Both the position numbers and the translations under genes were made by a program. The notes below the pieces were generated by a model. It did no database searches. It saw only the letters and a program-made list of their open reading frames with translations, and had not been told where the DNA came from. DNA of 64,000 bases, from assembly GCA_035084275.1 (NCBI GenBank), contig CM068748.1, positions 16,492,001 through 16,556,000 of the forward strand, read 5' to 3'. Positions within the stretch are counted from its first letter, which is position 1; each line of letters starts with the position of its first letter. This document shows, one piece after another, positions 1 to 13,230 of the stretch. Source of the DNA: Hydrolagus colliei. Its lineage: Eukaryota.

Positions 1-14
1 GTGAATTATAATGT

Positions 15-170
15 GCTGCGTTATGAAAACTATCATTCTTCGGATGAGGCGTTAAACCGCTTCTACTTGATGTTAGTGATCCCATTGTTTGAACAAAGAA
101 AAGTAAGTATCCCCTGGTGTCCAGGTCAAAAATCCCTCAATCGCAATGCTATGTGCTGTGCTGTTCATGG
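15..170 (+). mobile_element. Deu-domain SINE fragment (degraded)
   Basis: ctttcggatgaggcgttaaaccg...gatcccat...cccctggtgtccagg matches the Deu core also seen at 9720-9800 and 50120-50190. Confidence 0.6.
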
Positions 171-184
171 TGGTGAAGATAAAA

Positions 185-530
185 ATCATAACAAGACTTT
201 ACATTTGATATTTTATCTTTTACACAAGGAAGGACGTCTCAAAGCGCTTCACAGGGTCATACTGCAAAGCATAGTGACTGTATTTTGTAAGTGAACTCGG
301 CAGTCAGTTTGCTCACAGCAATGTCGTAAAGTGAATGACCAATTTTATTTGAGGGATCGCTGGCCAGGACACCGGAGAAACTCCCTCCGCTTTTATCAAA
401 CAACACTTTGACGATCTTTACTGTCCTCCTGAATAGGTAGAAGAGGTTGAACGTTTCATTCAAAGGATGGTATCCGACAGCAGCTCTGACAGCGCAGCCC
501 TCCTCCAGCACTACACTGTTGAGTAACTCA
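185..530 (-). mobile_element. Deu-domain SINE (core plus L2-like 3' tail)
   Basis: The reverse complement contains the Deu core (ccatcctttgaatgaaacgttcaacc...ttctccggtgtcctggcc) and the tail gtgaagcgctttgagacgtcc...atcaaatgtaaag. Confidence 0.75.
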
Positions 531-1974
531 TCCATTAGTGTGTATCTCCTTCTCTGTTCAGTAAACCACCCATTAATTCGAGCTGAGTAAACAAGCTGTG
601 ATATATCTGGCGTCCCACAATCCTTTGAGACCTTCCCCCCAAAGTGAACTCCCGTCATGCAATCCTTCTCTTTCAGTTTGAACTTCCAGCAGCTTTGGCT
701 GTGTTGTTTGATTAGGATTTAGCCTACTGCTGACAGATTGTATTAGGACAGGCCCCTGGCTGTGCCAAAAAGAACAAGCTAAGCAAAGGATTACCCAATA
801 ACCTCCCACCAATGCAGTCAATCTGTCACTGAGATCAAAGAGCTGCTCAGGAGATGAAACACACTTTCGGCAGGTGCTCAGTCATAAATTCAAGCTAATA
901 CAAATAGTTAATTAGAATGGTTAACTCCTAGATACTGTAGTTCAAATCATTTATTCCATTCTGTTGAACCTGGATGTGCAAACTGAGTCACAGTACTGTC
1001 AATTGTTACCTCTCCTCTTCCCCCTACCAGACACACACCCACACACATACACACCTACCAAATAAAGAACAGCGCATTTCCTTGTGATCACAAACTACCT
1101 TGTACTATTTGCCTCCAACTAATCGGGCAGCTTATGCAGACTTTACACATGAGCTTGAATCCAACAACTCATGACACCAGTTAAGCCGCAGTACACAAAT
1201 AAAGTGAGAAAGACATTGAAATTGGGACTAGTCAGACTTAGTCGAGATACAGCCTTGGTCTTCACTGAGGCTAGGTCCTTTGGGGTAAAAACACCAATAA
1301 AATCATCTGTGTCCTCAGTACGTTGTCAGTGCATCAAAATGAAAATGAAATTCAAAATGTCATTGAAAATAAAAAAGAACGCTTTTGGCTTTAATTACCT
1401 TTAAAAAGCCTATGAAAGGTATTTTTAGCTCAGGTTTTTAAACGTACATCACATAAAACGTTAGATGCATTTTTCATATCTTTATTAAAAAAGACATTTG
1501 GGCGTTTTTTTAACCTTTGATTCTATACTGCTGTCCTCAGTGGATTATCCCATACTAGTCTGGTTAATATGAATATTATCAAAATTACAAAATATTGTCT
1601 GTAACATGCTTGTTTGTAATTTTGCTTAAGTGGCATTTTTTCACCCTGGCCAGAGACCGTCCTCATTTCTGGAGATAGTCCAGATAGATTAGCAGTGCCA
1701 TAAATGTTTTGCGGGGCTAACAAGACTCACTGCTGGTCAGTCCAGGAATCTATCCAGACTTATGGACTCAGTAGCAGGAATTACATACTGTATTTCAACT
1801 TGCCTCAAAATGTCACTGTGCGGCTTTTTGGGGGTTTCGATACTGCAATGGGTGGAGCTAAATCCAACATTAATGGAAATAAAGTAATGCCTTTTCATCA
1901 TGAAATTTAGGCCTCCAAACTGATATTCAGTGTTGGAAAGTTGGATGCCCATTAAAATCCACGGGCTCCCACAA

Positions 1975-2365
1975 TGACTCAGTGAGGAAGGGCACCACCT
2001 GATACAAAACTATGCCATACAGGCCAGAAGGTCACCAGCTCAATTTCCAGTCTGTGCTCAGTTAGTTGATGTTGACCAAGGAGCAGTTGGGAGACTGGAA
2101 TTAGACTCACTGCCCTGGACTCAGGAGGTGTCTGTGTGTGGGGAGGAAGGTGGGGTGGGGAGAATGAGTCCCTCATGATTCCTGACCAGATCACTATGAT
2201 GGAAATGACACATATGTGGACTAGGATCAAACTCAGCTGCGGTGTCCTACAAAGGTTGAATAACCAACTCCCTCTCAGGCCACCCATGATGAATGGCCAC
2301 TTACGAAAGTGTCGGAGGGCAGTCACCCCGGAAGAGTCAATGTCTTCAGAGGAAGAACATAGGAG
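1975..2365 (+). mobile_element. Ancient tRNA-headed SINE, third family (near full length)
   Basis: gccatacaggccagaaggtcaccagctcaatttccagtctgtgctcagttagttgat...gaatggccactt...agagtcaatgtcttcag. Related segments occur at 10140-10390 (+) and 47690-47840 (-). The family name was not established. Confidence 0.55.
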
Positions 2366-4569
2366 GTTACTTTTAGTTAACACTAAAAGTTAACACTAAC
2401 TTTGCAGACATAATTGACTTGAAACAGCAAGCACAGTCAGAATTGCCACAAGAGCCCAATTCAAGTCACAGATGGCACAAGAAATAAGCTGAATAGCTTT
2501 ATGAGTCATTGTACACATCTCCAGCAATCCTATATCTTGTTTTCCTCCCATGTCAACTTTTCTGCACCTGCTTGAACATGCTGTTTGTCTGATCAGCTGC
2601 CAACTCGTATATTTATTATCACCTCAACCTGCCACTCGATAGATAGCCCACACAGGTTGCCCTTCATAATACTTCTTATTCTTTGTACCTCTCCAGTGAG
2701 CATGTCAAGTCCTATACTTAAACCTTGTGGCTACCACTGAGGAGATGAAAGGACAACCAGCCACCTCAAGGTAATACCTATTTCACTTAGTACGTAAGAA
2801 AATCAAAACTTTGCAAAACAACAAAACTATAGAAATCTACACTTTAAATGTTAAGTGCCAAAGACAAATATTGTCAGTTTCAATCTTCTGTACAGAGTAA
2901 ATCAAAACAATCCACATTCTTCCTCATGTATGTGGCAACCGCCTTTAAAACAAATGTACTCTATGTTACACATGCATTACTAAATAATCCTGAGAAAACA
3001 GTTCAGTAAGGGAGGTACAGTGTTATTAGTTTGATGTTATATTTATATGTAGGTACGTACATGTTTTCGGCAGGTAGATTTGCTTTGTTTTAAAGTTGAA
3101 GAGTGGTTTTGAACTCACAAAGCTTTAACATAGAAAACACAAATGCAAGCTAAGAGCATTCACTAATCTGAATTGAAGACAGCACATATTTTAAGATTAA
3201 GGTTAACAAAGTTTGGGAAAAATCTATTCCTAAATTTACAAACACAAATCCAGTTTTCATATAAATATATACCTTCAAAACATATTTGATTTTTAAAAAA
3301 AGTCAATATTCCTTCTACAAACCATACATTTTAATTATGTGTTTCAAAATCCCCACACGTCGCACATTTGTGTATATGACTGTAGATTTATCCCAATCCA
3401 AGTGCAACATTCCTAGGACAAGTCACAGCTTCACACACTATTTTAATTGCTTATTAAATTGAAAGGGGAGGTGCAGTTTTTATGAGCTAGATTTTAGATC
3501 ACTCAGTTCGTGTGTAAAAGTTTGAAACTGCACTGGAAAATTTTAATTCAATTTGGTGCTTTTAAAAAGTAAATGTAGCTGCAGGGTTTCGTAATTGAAC
3601 TCTTCAATTTTCCAAGAATGAACACTGTGATTAAGGTTTTTCACACACTTACTTTGCAATAACTTTGAGGGGACAGACAACACACACACACACATGTGGG
3701 CAAATGTTCCCTCTATTTTTCTCTCTTGATTTCTTTGGGCTACGTATGGCAATAAAAGCCAGCAAGGTTGGCAAGGAAAGAATTTGGTCCCAGGCTCCAA
3801 CCAATGTGGCTATAAATCAGCCACTCAGAGATTTACAAGAGTAGCCCAGGTGTAGCTTTTGCAATGATGTTCACTATATCTCTGGCCTTGATTCAACCCA
3901 TCCCCATACTGATACTGCACAGCTAAGATTAAAAACTCAGCAAGGCAAGAATTTCACTTGCTTCAAAAATTGACCATGGCACTCCGCACAGATGTTCTGC
4001 ATTCATCATTTAGCAATGGCAGGAGTGGGGATTGATTCCTAAAGTTTAATTATTTAATAATCCTCCAGTCTTCACCCACAATGGTGCAAAATAATGAGAG
4101 AGCAGCTAAACATAGATTGTATCAAATGTTCTTTATGTTCTCAAAATATGTCTCCAGAATGTTGTTACGTCACATAATTATGAATAATCCCATATGAATA
4201 ATATGTAAAGACACATATCTTTTAAGTCACTTCACTTAACAACAAGAAGTCTTTTCAATGTTTTAAGAATATAAATCTTTTCAATCAGGTCAAATTAACA
4301 TGCAACTGTGCTGGCATATTTTATCCTGCAGTGTAGGATGAATGAAAGAGAATCCTCAGGTGGATGTAAAAATGTAAAACCACTGTGTTCAGCCAGGCAG
4401 ATCACCTGATTATAGATATCTGTAGCCATACGATGTACAATTGTGAAACATCTACAATTTGAAGAATTAGCAAATTCTGAGAACACTATAAACATTTTCG
4501 GTAGGACTGCAAAGCACAGGCCTTCTCTATGGTGGAATCTAACACCTTATAAATTCAAAGTCCACTTAG

Positions 4570-4756
4570 AAAGTCATTTCTCCTGGGGTCCTAGCCAACA
4601 ATTCCCAAGATAAATTGGAACACTGCTGTATGCAAATGGATGGGTTTGCCTATAAGTCCAGTCACTGCCCTTCACAATAGATTCTGTGAAGCACTTTCAG
4701 TGTCTCTTCTGGCATGAAGGGGGTGTTATTAAATGTAAAGATTATTATTATTATAC
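4570..4756 (+). mobile_element. SINE 3' fragment
   Basis: ctcctggggtcctagcc (end of Deu core)...ttctgtgaagcacttt...aaatgtaaagattattattatt tail. Confidence 0.6.
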
Positions 4757-5209
4757 TGTAATGCATAAGTAGACAAGAAATTTTGCTGTAAATTAAATTT
4801 CTAATTTCTGGATAGCTCTGAGCTTCTGTGAAACTAATAGCAAAGGCGACTGTGCTGCCATATATTAACAAAACCAATGATTGCGATTCTTTACAAAGGT
4901 TCACTAGCATAATTTGCTCCACTTTTTCATCCTAATTTTTTTTAATGGAAATTTGGCAAAGGAATCGATTAAGGAACATGAGAAATAGATTTTATTTGTA
5001 AATCTCATGCATTTCCCTTCGGTTTATTTTCTCATTCAGTTTCCCAATTAATCAAGAATTTTGAAGTCTTGCAAATTATTTTTAGTATCTAATTTACCAG
5101 TCTCCCCTCCCAACCTTTGGATACTATCCCTTACTACTGACACTCAGTGACTTGTATTGTTCACAAAGAATGGTTACTTGGATTGTAACAAAGAGAGTAG
5201 TTAACTGTA

Positions 5210-5454
5210 ACAAAAACAGAAGTTGCTGGGAAAACTCAGCAGGTCAGGCAGCATCCATGGAGAAAGGAAAGTGAGTCAACGTTGAGGGTCCCCAAACCTT
5301 TGTTAGAACTGATTCTGACGAAGGGTCGTGGACCCGAAACGTTGACTCACTTTCCTTTCTCCATGGATGCTGCCTGACCTGCTGAGTTTTCCCAACAACT
5401 TCTGTTTTTGTTTCAGATTTCCAGCATCTGTAGTACAGTACTTTATGTTTTGTT
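5210..5454 (+). mobile_element. Non-autonomous Penelope-like palindromic retroelement with 14-bp TSD
   Basis: 75-bp inverted repeats 5209-5283 / 5338-5412 with 1 mismatch, a unique 3' extension ttcagatttccagcatctg, and the direct repeat AGTAGTTAACTGTA at 5196-5209 and 5455-5468. Confidence 0.8.
5310..5349 (+). ncRNA. Minimal type I hammerhead ribozyme motif (Penelope-type)
   Basis: CUGACGA (5315-5321), A, helix II GGGUC-GUG-GACCC, then GAAAC-GUU with the palindromic AACGUU helix III. Predicted cleavage is after U5343. Helix I is weak: UGAUU/GA(C)UCA. Confidence 0.7.
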
Positions 5455-8400
5455 AGTAGTTAACTGTACTCCAGCAAAGAATCACAACATCTTCAAACGA
5501 AAAGGCAAGAGAGAAAATATTAAGCCACATCTTCTAGAAATCCTTTCCTCCTGAAGAAGTCATCCCACAAGATCCGACTCCATTGGATCACCAGCTGTGA
5601 TACCTCTCTTCTCTTCGCAACAACAACAACAACCACAAAATTACAGCACCTTTCACTTCAGGAGAAACATTCAAGAAGATGCAGGAAATTAGGGTGATCA
5701 CCACAATTGATGTGAAATCTGCACACTGCTATTTTGTTATTGACCGCTGGGTTCCTATCCAGTTACTTTGGTGTTCATTTATTTGTGTACAGTACTTGTT
5801 TTTTCTATTTTTCTCAAGAAAAATGGCTTGCATATAAAACACAATGTCTGACCAATGGATTGCCTCATGCAAAAATACACAAGCAATTAATTGGCACAAG
5901 AAGCCAGTTTTACTGCATAGTTTCACTTGTATTAGAATTGAGCCCCCAGGAATCAACTGCTGTAATTCTAATGAAACCACTTGCATGAACACAATACATT
6001 GACTAAAGAGTTAACTGGATTCAAATGACTATTAAGTCATTTGTTGCTACAATGAGGAAAAGCAGGGTAATTCTTATTCTCTTACATGAATAATCATCTT
6101 GCATTATATTCGCAAAAACTTTCCAGCCCACTACCCATCTGCTTTAGTCTTTTAAACTTTTAGTGCTTGTGAAAGGAAGAGAGAACTGATTTCACATCAA
6201 AGTCCAAATCAATCTTGGAGCATTCAAAGCTTAGAACAGAGAGGTCTTTACATTTTTTGCCAAGTGCCACAATGACTGAATGCTGATGCCTTAAAGGCAC
6301 AGTAAAGAGGACGGATTTGGGAACCAGCAGTCACATTTGGGTCATGCTTTTCAACAAGTCAAACCACAAGAATGTCAGAATGAAAAAACGTATGCACGAA
6401 AATTAATGTCTGGCGTTCTAGGTCAACAAGTCATAAAATTGGCACTGACCAGCACATTTACTGTGTCTCCGATTGATTGTCTAGTTCAATGTAATTCTTC
6501 TTTGAGGACAGCCTGTAATTTTATTAATTTTGTTCCCCCATAAAAGAGTACTCTCTTGCTCCTCTTCCCTCCCCCTATAAAAAAGCACACTACAAAGATG
6601 AATTATGTTATGCACATGCAGCCATCAGCACCCTTCATTCAGAGCTCTCTGTTCTCCATTGAAAGCAACTATTATGCGTAGATTTTGCTTGACGCCAAAA
6701 AGGACAAATAATGATCACTTCAAGAGCACTGGTAATATTGTTGTTGGTGGTGGTTGTTGTTATATATTTATATCGAGTACAAAATATCCTGCAGGAGATT
6801 AACATTAGTGCAGTTTGCAAATTAGTCACAAGCTGATTCCCCATGTGCAAGCCTGAAATAACTTTTTCCTCAGTGTAATTTCAAAGTTCAATCCTCCCCC
6901 AAAATTAAATGAAACGTTGAGCACATATAATCTAAATGGGAGAACAGTTCACTTTTTTTTAAATTACAATTTCTGTTGTGTTGTCAGCCATGCTCATAAT
7001 TTCGCACAAACTTCAAAAGAATTTGCAATGCCTTCCGAAGTGAAAACAGTTTGAAAGCCTCATTGACCGTATTGGAGCTTTAACAAAATGGGAGTGTGGT
7101 TCAGTCACTCAGTAAACCAGTCAAGCGCAGCGGCAATAAGTGAGGCAAAGTACTTATCATTTTACCCTGGGGGATCCCAAGTTGCTTTTAAACTTTTTTG
7201 CTGCAAAAATAAATAATTTTATATTAGTTTCTTTGCATTGGAAGATATTTGCATTGGCGTTTGTGCAATCACATAAAATAAAGTCTTACACCTTGCCAGA
7301 CAGATATGCACAATCAATGGTAGACACAATTGCAGCAAAGCCACTCTTAAAATGCTTGGTTTTTAACTGGTTTCCATTAGAACTGAAATTCCCAACAGGT
7401 CAGACATAAAAGAAGCCAGCTGCAGTTCAACATTAGGTCTTCCAGCCAGTGTTGGGCTGGGCACAGATAGATGACATTTAAGTAAACTCCCAAACCTTTT
7501 TAGTCAACCGAAGTAGGTGATACTCCTATGGAGACAAATTATATGATTTCCAAGTTAGCAATTCAGTTAAATGCACCTTATAAACATAAGTTAACACGTT
7601 TCATTGAATATACTTAAGAAATTGAGAGCAGATCTCAAGGTCTGGGGGGCAGGGAGGTGGGGGTGAAAGTGCAAACACTTGTTCAATTTTAAAAGTGCCT
7701 GGGAATATCTGGAGATACTTTGCTTCAATGACAGCAGCAGTTGAAAAGACTTGGTGGAACTGAACCGGAAATATGACTTCAGAGTAGACAGTGGTTTCAT
7801 AGGATGTTAAAGACTTTACATGCACACTACTTTAAACAAGCATAAAATATCCTCATCACATAAATATAGCTGAATTTTAATTCTCGCATTAAAACTATTT
7901 GTGCAAGACATTTTAAGATACACTGAAAGTCAGGATTATACTTTGAGCCGAGTTTCTAATTGGAATCATCCCACATGACATCTACTGCTAGCACCAGAGA
8001 GATCAAGTGGATTTACCCACACACTAGCCTCTCTAGACCTATGACCCCAACCACTCACTCAGACTGAAACTCCACTGTGTATTTCAGTCACTGAGCAAAT
8101 CTGCGCAGACCAACAGGAAAAAGATGAGTTTAATCTCGACATCTATTTTCAGGCTGAATTCCAACAAGCTTAATGCATTTCAATGATAAATCATCTAAGG
8201 TTCCTCCAAACCCATCTGCATCCAAATATTTAAATTGACCAATTGTCAATTCATCTCACGTGCCCCGCTGGCCAAATCTGAGCAGTCAAAACTACACATT
8301 AAGCATTAATTATATAAATATATAAATCTTTTGCAATTTTGAGCAGTTTAGGAAAATTGTTGGATAAATGTTATATGAAAACTTGCTGTGATGTGTTAAT

Positions 8401-9525
8401 GCTTGTTTTTCTGGGGGGTTGGTGGGTTGATAGTACCTGTGTCTAGCCCATGGAAAGGTCCAGAGGTAAGCAAATACAATTAGCCCCATTATTGTGATAT
8501 CACTCATCAGCTCCCAATCTTGGTGGAAATGAGCAAAACATAAGAAGAAAAATTATGTGTAAAACACTGGCTCAGACATGTTAGCGAGAAACACAAATAA
8601 ATGTTATTCCCTTCATACCTTCAATTTTCTGACAAATGAAGTCACCACACTGCTGTCAGAAGATTGACTGTGAAACGTATTGAGACATTTTTGCATAACA
8701 GGCGGTATATCAAACTAGGACTGGTATTGAAACACAAAAACTCTACATTGCAAGGCTCTAGTATAGGTGTACCACATGTGTGGAATGAACTCTGCATACA
8801 AACACAGACATGGCACATATCTGGACCCCTGTACATTACCAGTGTACAGTGCTTCAATGATTTCTGATAGTTGGATGAGTCTAAGTCCTTCAGAAAATTT
8901 AAATCTTACTGGATTATAAGTCAGGGTATACTTTTGGGACAGGGCACTACATTCCAAGAAAACTCAGCACCAAGATTCTGCAGCAGAGCCTCGCACGCTA
9001 GGCTGCAGCCAGGTCAAGTAGCACCAACAATGAATGCCTGTTAAAGCAGAAAGGCCCCTTAATGTTCTTCTGCTTTCATACCTATAAATCATAGGCATTA
9101 CGCAGACATGGTTTAAAAAGATACATTAGTCGTTACAGTGGTCGATTTTCTAAATCAAACCTTAGGATTACTTTCCAACAACCCCTGCTCAGTCTTTTTC
9201 ATGTTGCTGCCTGGTGTGAAACCTTGTTTAGACAGCCAAAGGGTGGAGCTGCCAAACCTTCAAGCATGCCAGAAAACACAGGCCACCACAGAGCAGCAAA
9301 CAGGGGACCTTATATCAGAGCCAACACCACTTTGTCATCCCAAGAGTGTAGTTCCAACAAATTCTGCATACATATTCAATAAAGTAAAACTACCTTACTT
9401 TGAAGGAAAGCAACAGCACTAAATCCACCCAACAGATCAAGCTGGGGTATTCACATGTTTATTTTTAAAGCAAGCAAAGAGCTGCTGCAAAAGAAATTGT
9501 TTGTGCATCTTCAGCTATTCGTGTG

Positions 9526-9590
9526 CGACAACAACAACAACATTACATTCATAGAGCACCATTCACGTCGGGAGGATGTCCCAAGGCGAC
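9526..9590 (-). mobile_element. L2 LINE 3' tail fragment
   Basis: (caa)n-attacattcatagagcaccattcacgtcgggaggatgtcccaaggcg, the same tail as the L2 at 20971. Confidence 0.7.
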
Positions 9591-9595
9591 AAACT

Positions 9596-10095
9596 GGCTC
9601 AGCCGGAAGCACTTTCACCTCTGGGTCAGAAGGTTGGGGTCCAAGCCCCAAATCTTTCAATTTGTATTGTGTAGAATAGGCTGACATTAGTGTTGTTGTG
9701 GGGCATGCTACATTGTGGGAGGTGCTTTGCGTTTTGCATGAGATGGTAAACCGAGATTTCATTGACCCGTTCAGGTGGATGTTAAAGATCCATAGGAACT
9801 ATTTGAAAAGAGAAGCAAGTTTGTGTGACCACCAATCTCCAAATAGAATATCCCAGGTAGCAAGCCCATGTGGGGCCAATATGGGCATGGATCAACCCAA
9901 GTTGTCCCATATGGGGCCCATATGGGCTTGCTACCTGGGATGTCATTCACTTCATGGCTGTTTCCTGCGCACAAATTGGCCATCGCATTTGCCTACGAAG
10001 CACAGTCATTACTCGCTACAGTAATATCCTGTGCAGTTCATTAAGATGCCCTCCTGACATGAAAGGCTCTATATCATGTGGAAATATTATTATTG
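9596..10095 (+). mobile_element. Full-length Deu-domain SINE (tRNA head, Deu core, L2-like tail), interrupted by a MITE
   Basis: Head ggctcagccggaagcact...tcagaaggttggggtccaagccc, core ggaggtgc...gagatggtaaaccgag...ttcaggtggatgttaaagatcc, and tail gacatgaaaggctctatat...tattattatt. Confidence 0.75.
9852..9939. mobile_element. 88-bp MITE-like palindrome (CCCAG termini, putative 2-bp AT TSD, possibly CMC/EnSpm-type)
   Basis: cccaggtagcaagcccatgtggggccaatatggg / cccatatggggcccatatgggcttgctacctggg form ~34-bp inverted repeats, flanked by AT on both sides and lying inside a SINE. Confidence 0.7.
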
Positions 10096-10139
10096 TTTTC
10101 CACCCTTTATCCAAAACATGATTCTCTTGTGGCTTTTAT

Positions 10140-10390
10140 TCAGTGAACAACTGGACCACATGAAACAGGACGATCCCAATTTCATTCCCCAATCTGAAGC
10201 TATCTGATCTCAACAATGTTGGGTGGGGGATAATTACTCAAATTGGCAACAGTCCTAAAGGGGAAGGGATGGAAAAATTAGTCAAGATTCTGCTCCTGAA
10301 CATTATTCAAAGATTCGTGCCGGAGGAGTGTATTTGGACAATGCCATTCACATAAGTGTTCTTGACTGTGACACCCCCAACCTGCTGGCA
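10140..10390 (+). mobile_element. Ancient SINE (same family as 1975-2365), degraded
   Basis: accacatgaaacaggacgatcccaatttcattcc...agctatctgatctca...ggaaaaattagtcaagattctgctcctga. Confidence 0.45.
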
Positions 10391-13099
10391 TTCACCATGT
10401 AGAAATGCCCATAAAACTCATCAGTTCAGTGAGGAGCAGGGGGCAATTTGCAATTGTGGAACTATATCTAAAAGGAACAAAAAATGAGTCAAATGCCTTC
10501 CAAAAAGCAGACAAGTGGATAGGAGGAAAATTAGCAAGTGGTAAACCATTCCTTTTACCTTGCCTTTCTGGATAGGATACTTTTAGATTGAACATCAGCA
10601 AATAACCCGAGCGTTTGCCTGTGATTTATGCTGTCAATATCTCTTCAGTGCTCAGCTGAGAGGAGTTGTGTTTCCAGAGGGCAAGGCAGATGGAGTGTCA
10701 GTTATTAACACAACTTGGATCTCTCTCTCTTTCCCCCCTCCCAGGGTTGGGTTGAGACATGGCTAAACTTATCACACAGAATAGCTGCGGGTTCTAGTAC
10801 ATTATCAGTCATTGCTGGGACTTCAAGATATGCAAAGCAGCAGTCTTCACTATACTGCTGTGTTAGGCCACCTTCAAAACTGACCTTGTCAGCAACAAAA
10901 TCCGTCTGGTTATTGAAAGGCTTGTATCTAAAAAATCAGGAAAGGTTCCTCCATTCTAATCTGATGCAGATCTGTTTAAAGTTTGAATAATGGAATAAGC
11001 AAAGGGAAGAAAAGAGCTCCCAAACAAAACTTTTGAAACAGACTTTATCTGTTCAACCACCAGACTCCAGAGACAGCTAGCGGAACCCACAGATTCCACA
11101 AGATAAACAAAATATTCATACTACATGTTCTAGAAAATAGTGAACTACTCTATAAATAATAGAATAAACTGCAAAATCCCAATGAGAACCACAACTAGGT
11201 CTTAAATTACTCCCTCGACTTTGCCCCATAACATGTCATCGCCTGTACCATTTGAATGTCCTCTGACCTCACTTGCTTAATTCAATGGTTAGGAAAATGT
11301 ATTCAAATGGACCAAAATGCCCACAGCCGTGGTAGATTTTGATGCCAGACCTGTCACTTCTGCAGATCATATCTGTCCAACAAAATCATCCCCTGGACAG
11401 ATACCCAAACTTGCAGGACACATGCTACTCATTTACAAAAAGTTTGTTAGTTTACAAATACATCATCACTACATTTTAAAGCATATCTCATGAAGTGATT
11501 TGATCAAATACGAAAGGTAGCATATCAAATAATTATTATTAGCCTTATTATCGCTCATCAACAATGCAAATCTGATGAGCAGCACCAATTTATTTCTGTC
11601 CATCCATGATTAGGAGATTTTTTAAATACCTGCATCAATTCTTTCCATTAACACAGACTATCTTACAAGCTATTTTGAAGTAGATTACTGTTGCATGGGC
11701 TCATAAGGTTAGGATCAGGAATAGGGCTCATAAGATTTGATATGTGTTCCATAATAATGACCAAAATCAACCCTGTGAACATAACTCTGTTGTACCCTCA
11801 AGCTACTGTAAAATGTGGATTAGAAATTCAAAAATCATTCCTCTGATCATTGTGGTACTCCTACAATGTGTCTACAAGTGGGATCTTCCAATAAGCTGCT
11901 AAGATTCTCCAGTCCAACAAGAAAATCGTGCTGCCTAAACATTTCAATCCACTGTCTATTGCCCATTGTGCCATGTTACAGAAAGGTACAAGATCTACCC
12001 TACTGTTTATACAGTTTCTAAAAAGAGTATTCTATCATATTGAGGCTAAGTCAAAGGAAACCTGTACTGGTAGCACAGCCTTGTTTAACCACACATCTTT
12101 GAAAACCCTGGAAGCTTTCTCAGATGAAATTTTTAAAAAATGTAACTTTTTTGCTGCACAGTTAATCTCCTAACAATAGTCTTCGTAATCATAGCAAGTG
12201 ATATTTTGCATTTCTATACTGCATTTCTTCAAATGATAGTTAAAACACCTGAGGTGCACGACAGGATGAAAGACCATTGCAGGATGAGTGAGTGTTAGCA
12301 AGCATTTTTAGATAGATATTTGGTATATTCATGCCTAGGGGGACAGGTTGCAGAGTAACAGGCAGCAGTAAAGAGCATAAAGCACCTTTCACTAAATACT
12401 TTCTCTCCCTGGTGGGCATCATAGTCAGTCAACCGTAGATAATATTAGAAATACAAACTTTGAGCGTGTGTCTTGAGAGTGAAAGAAATATCAGGTTTCC
12501 ATGGGCCTGTGATCACAAGTGCAAGAGATGATACTGCACCACATGACATTGAACTTTAATTGTATTTTTGGAATGGAAGTATTCAAACAATTAGAGAGTT
12601 GAAGACAAATGTCATTCTGATCCTAGTTTGTGCTAATCGAATAGCCTTTGAGGTATTTAGGTTTGAACTTCCATCTGTCCCATGGATTTCGAAATTTTAG
12701 TAATTGGAAGTTGTTACGGTAAGCAAAATAACCAACATTACACAGGTGAAGATTGCTAGTCAAATATATCCTCTACCCTAGAAAATGAAACAATGGACCA
12801 TCATTCATGGATGCAAATTGCAATTGTATCTAACGTTGGATTCAACAAACAACCTGCATTTATATAGCGCCCTTCACGCGGGGTAACATCCCAGAGCTCT
12901 TCAGTGAAAGAATTTGAATTGTTGTCGTGCCAAAAGATCTCAAACACTTTACAGGCAGTTATAACCAAAAGTCGTGATTATGTGCAGAAGCAACATATCA
13001 CAAACATGAGATCAATTCATCTTTCAGCAAGTCAACTGCGGACTTCCCTACCACCTCCTAAGTGAGGCACCATGTCCCCAGGTGTTTGAAACATTCATC

Positions 13100-13230
13100 C
13101 ATATTGAAATAATTGCCTGGATAAACTTGGTCAATCCTATGGTGAACTTAAAAACTTCTATCACATCAAATGAGAGCAGCCCAGCTTTCTTAAACTTTCT
13201 TTGTGAGTGCGGTTTTTAAGATCTGTAAAG
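13100..13230 (-). mobile_element. Degraded CR1 LINE ORF2 3' fragment
   Basis: ttaaaaacttctatcacatca...gagagcagcccagctttcttaaactttc resembles the antisense of the CR1 'ERL..LGLFSLE..DLIEVFK' region. Confidence 0.4.

Noticed and set aside
2697-2770. Plus-strand exon-like segment (ctctccag/.../gtaata)
   Set aside because: There are stops in all three frames and no supporting exons.
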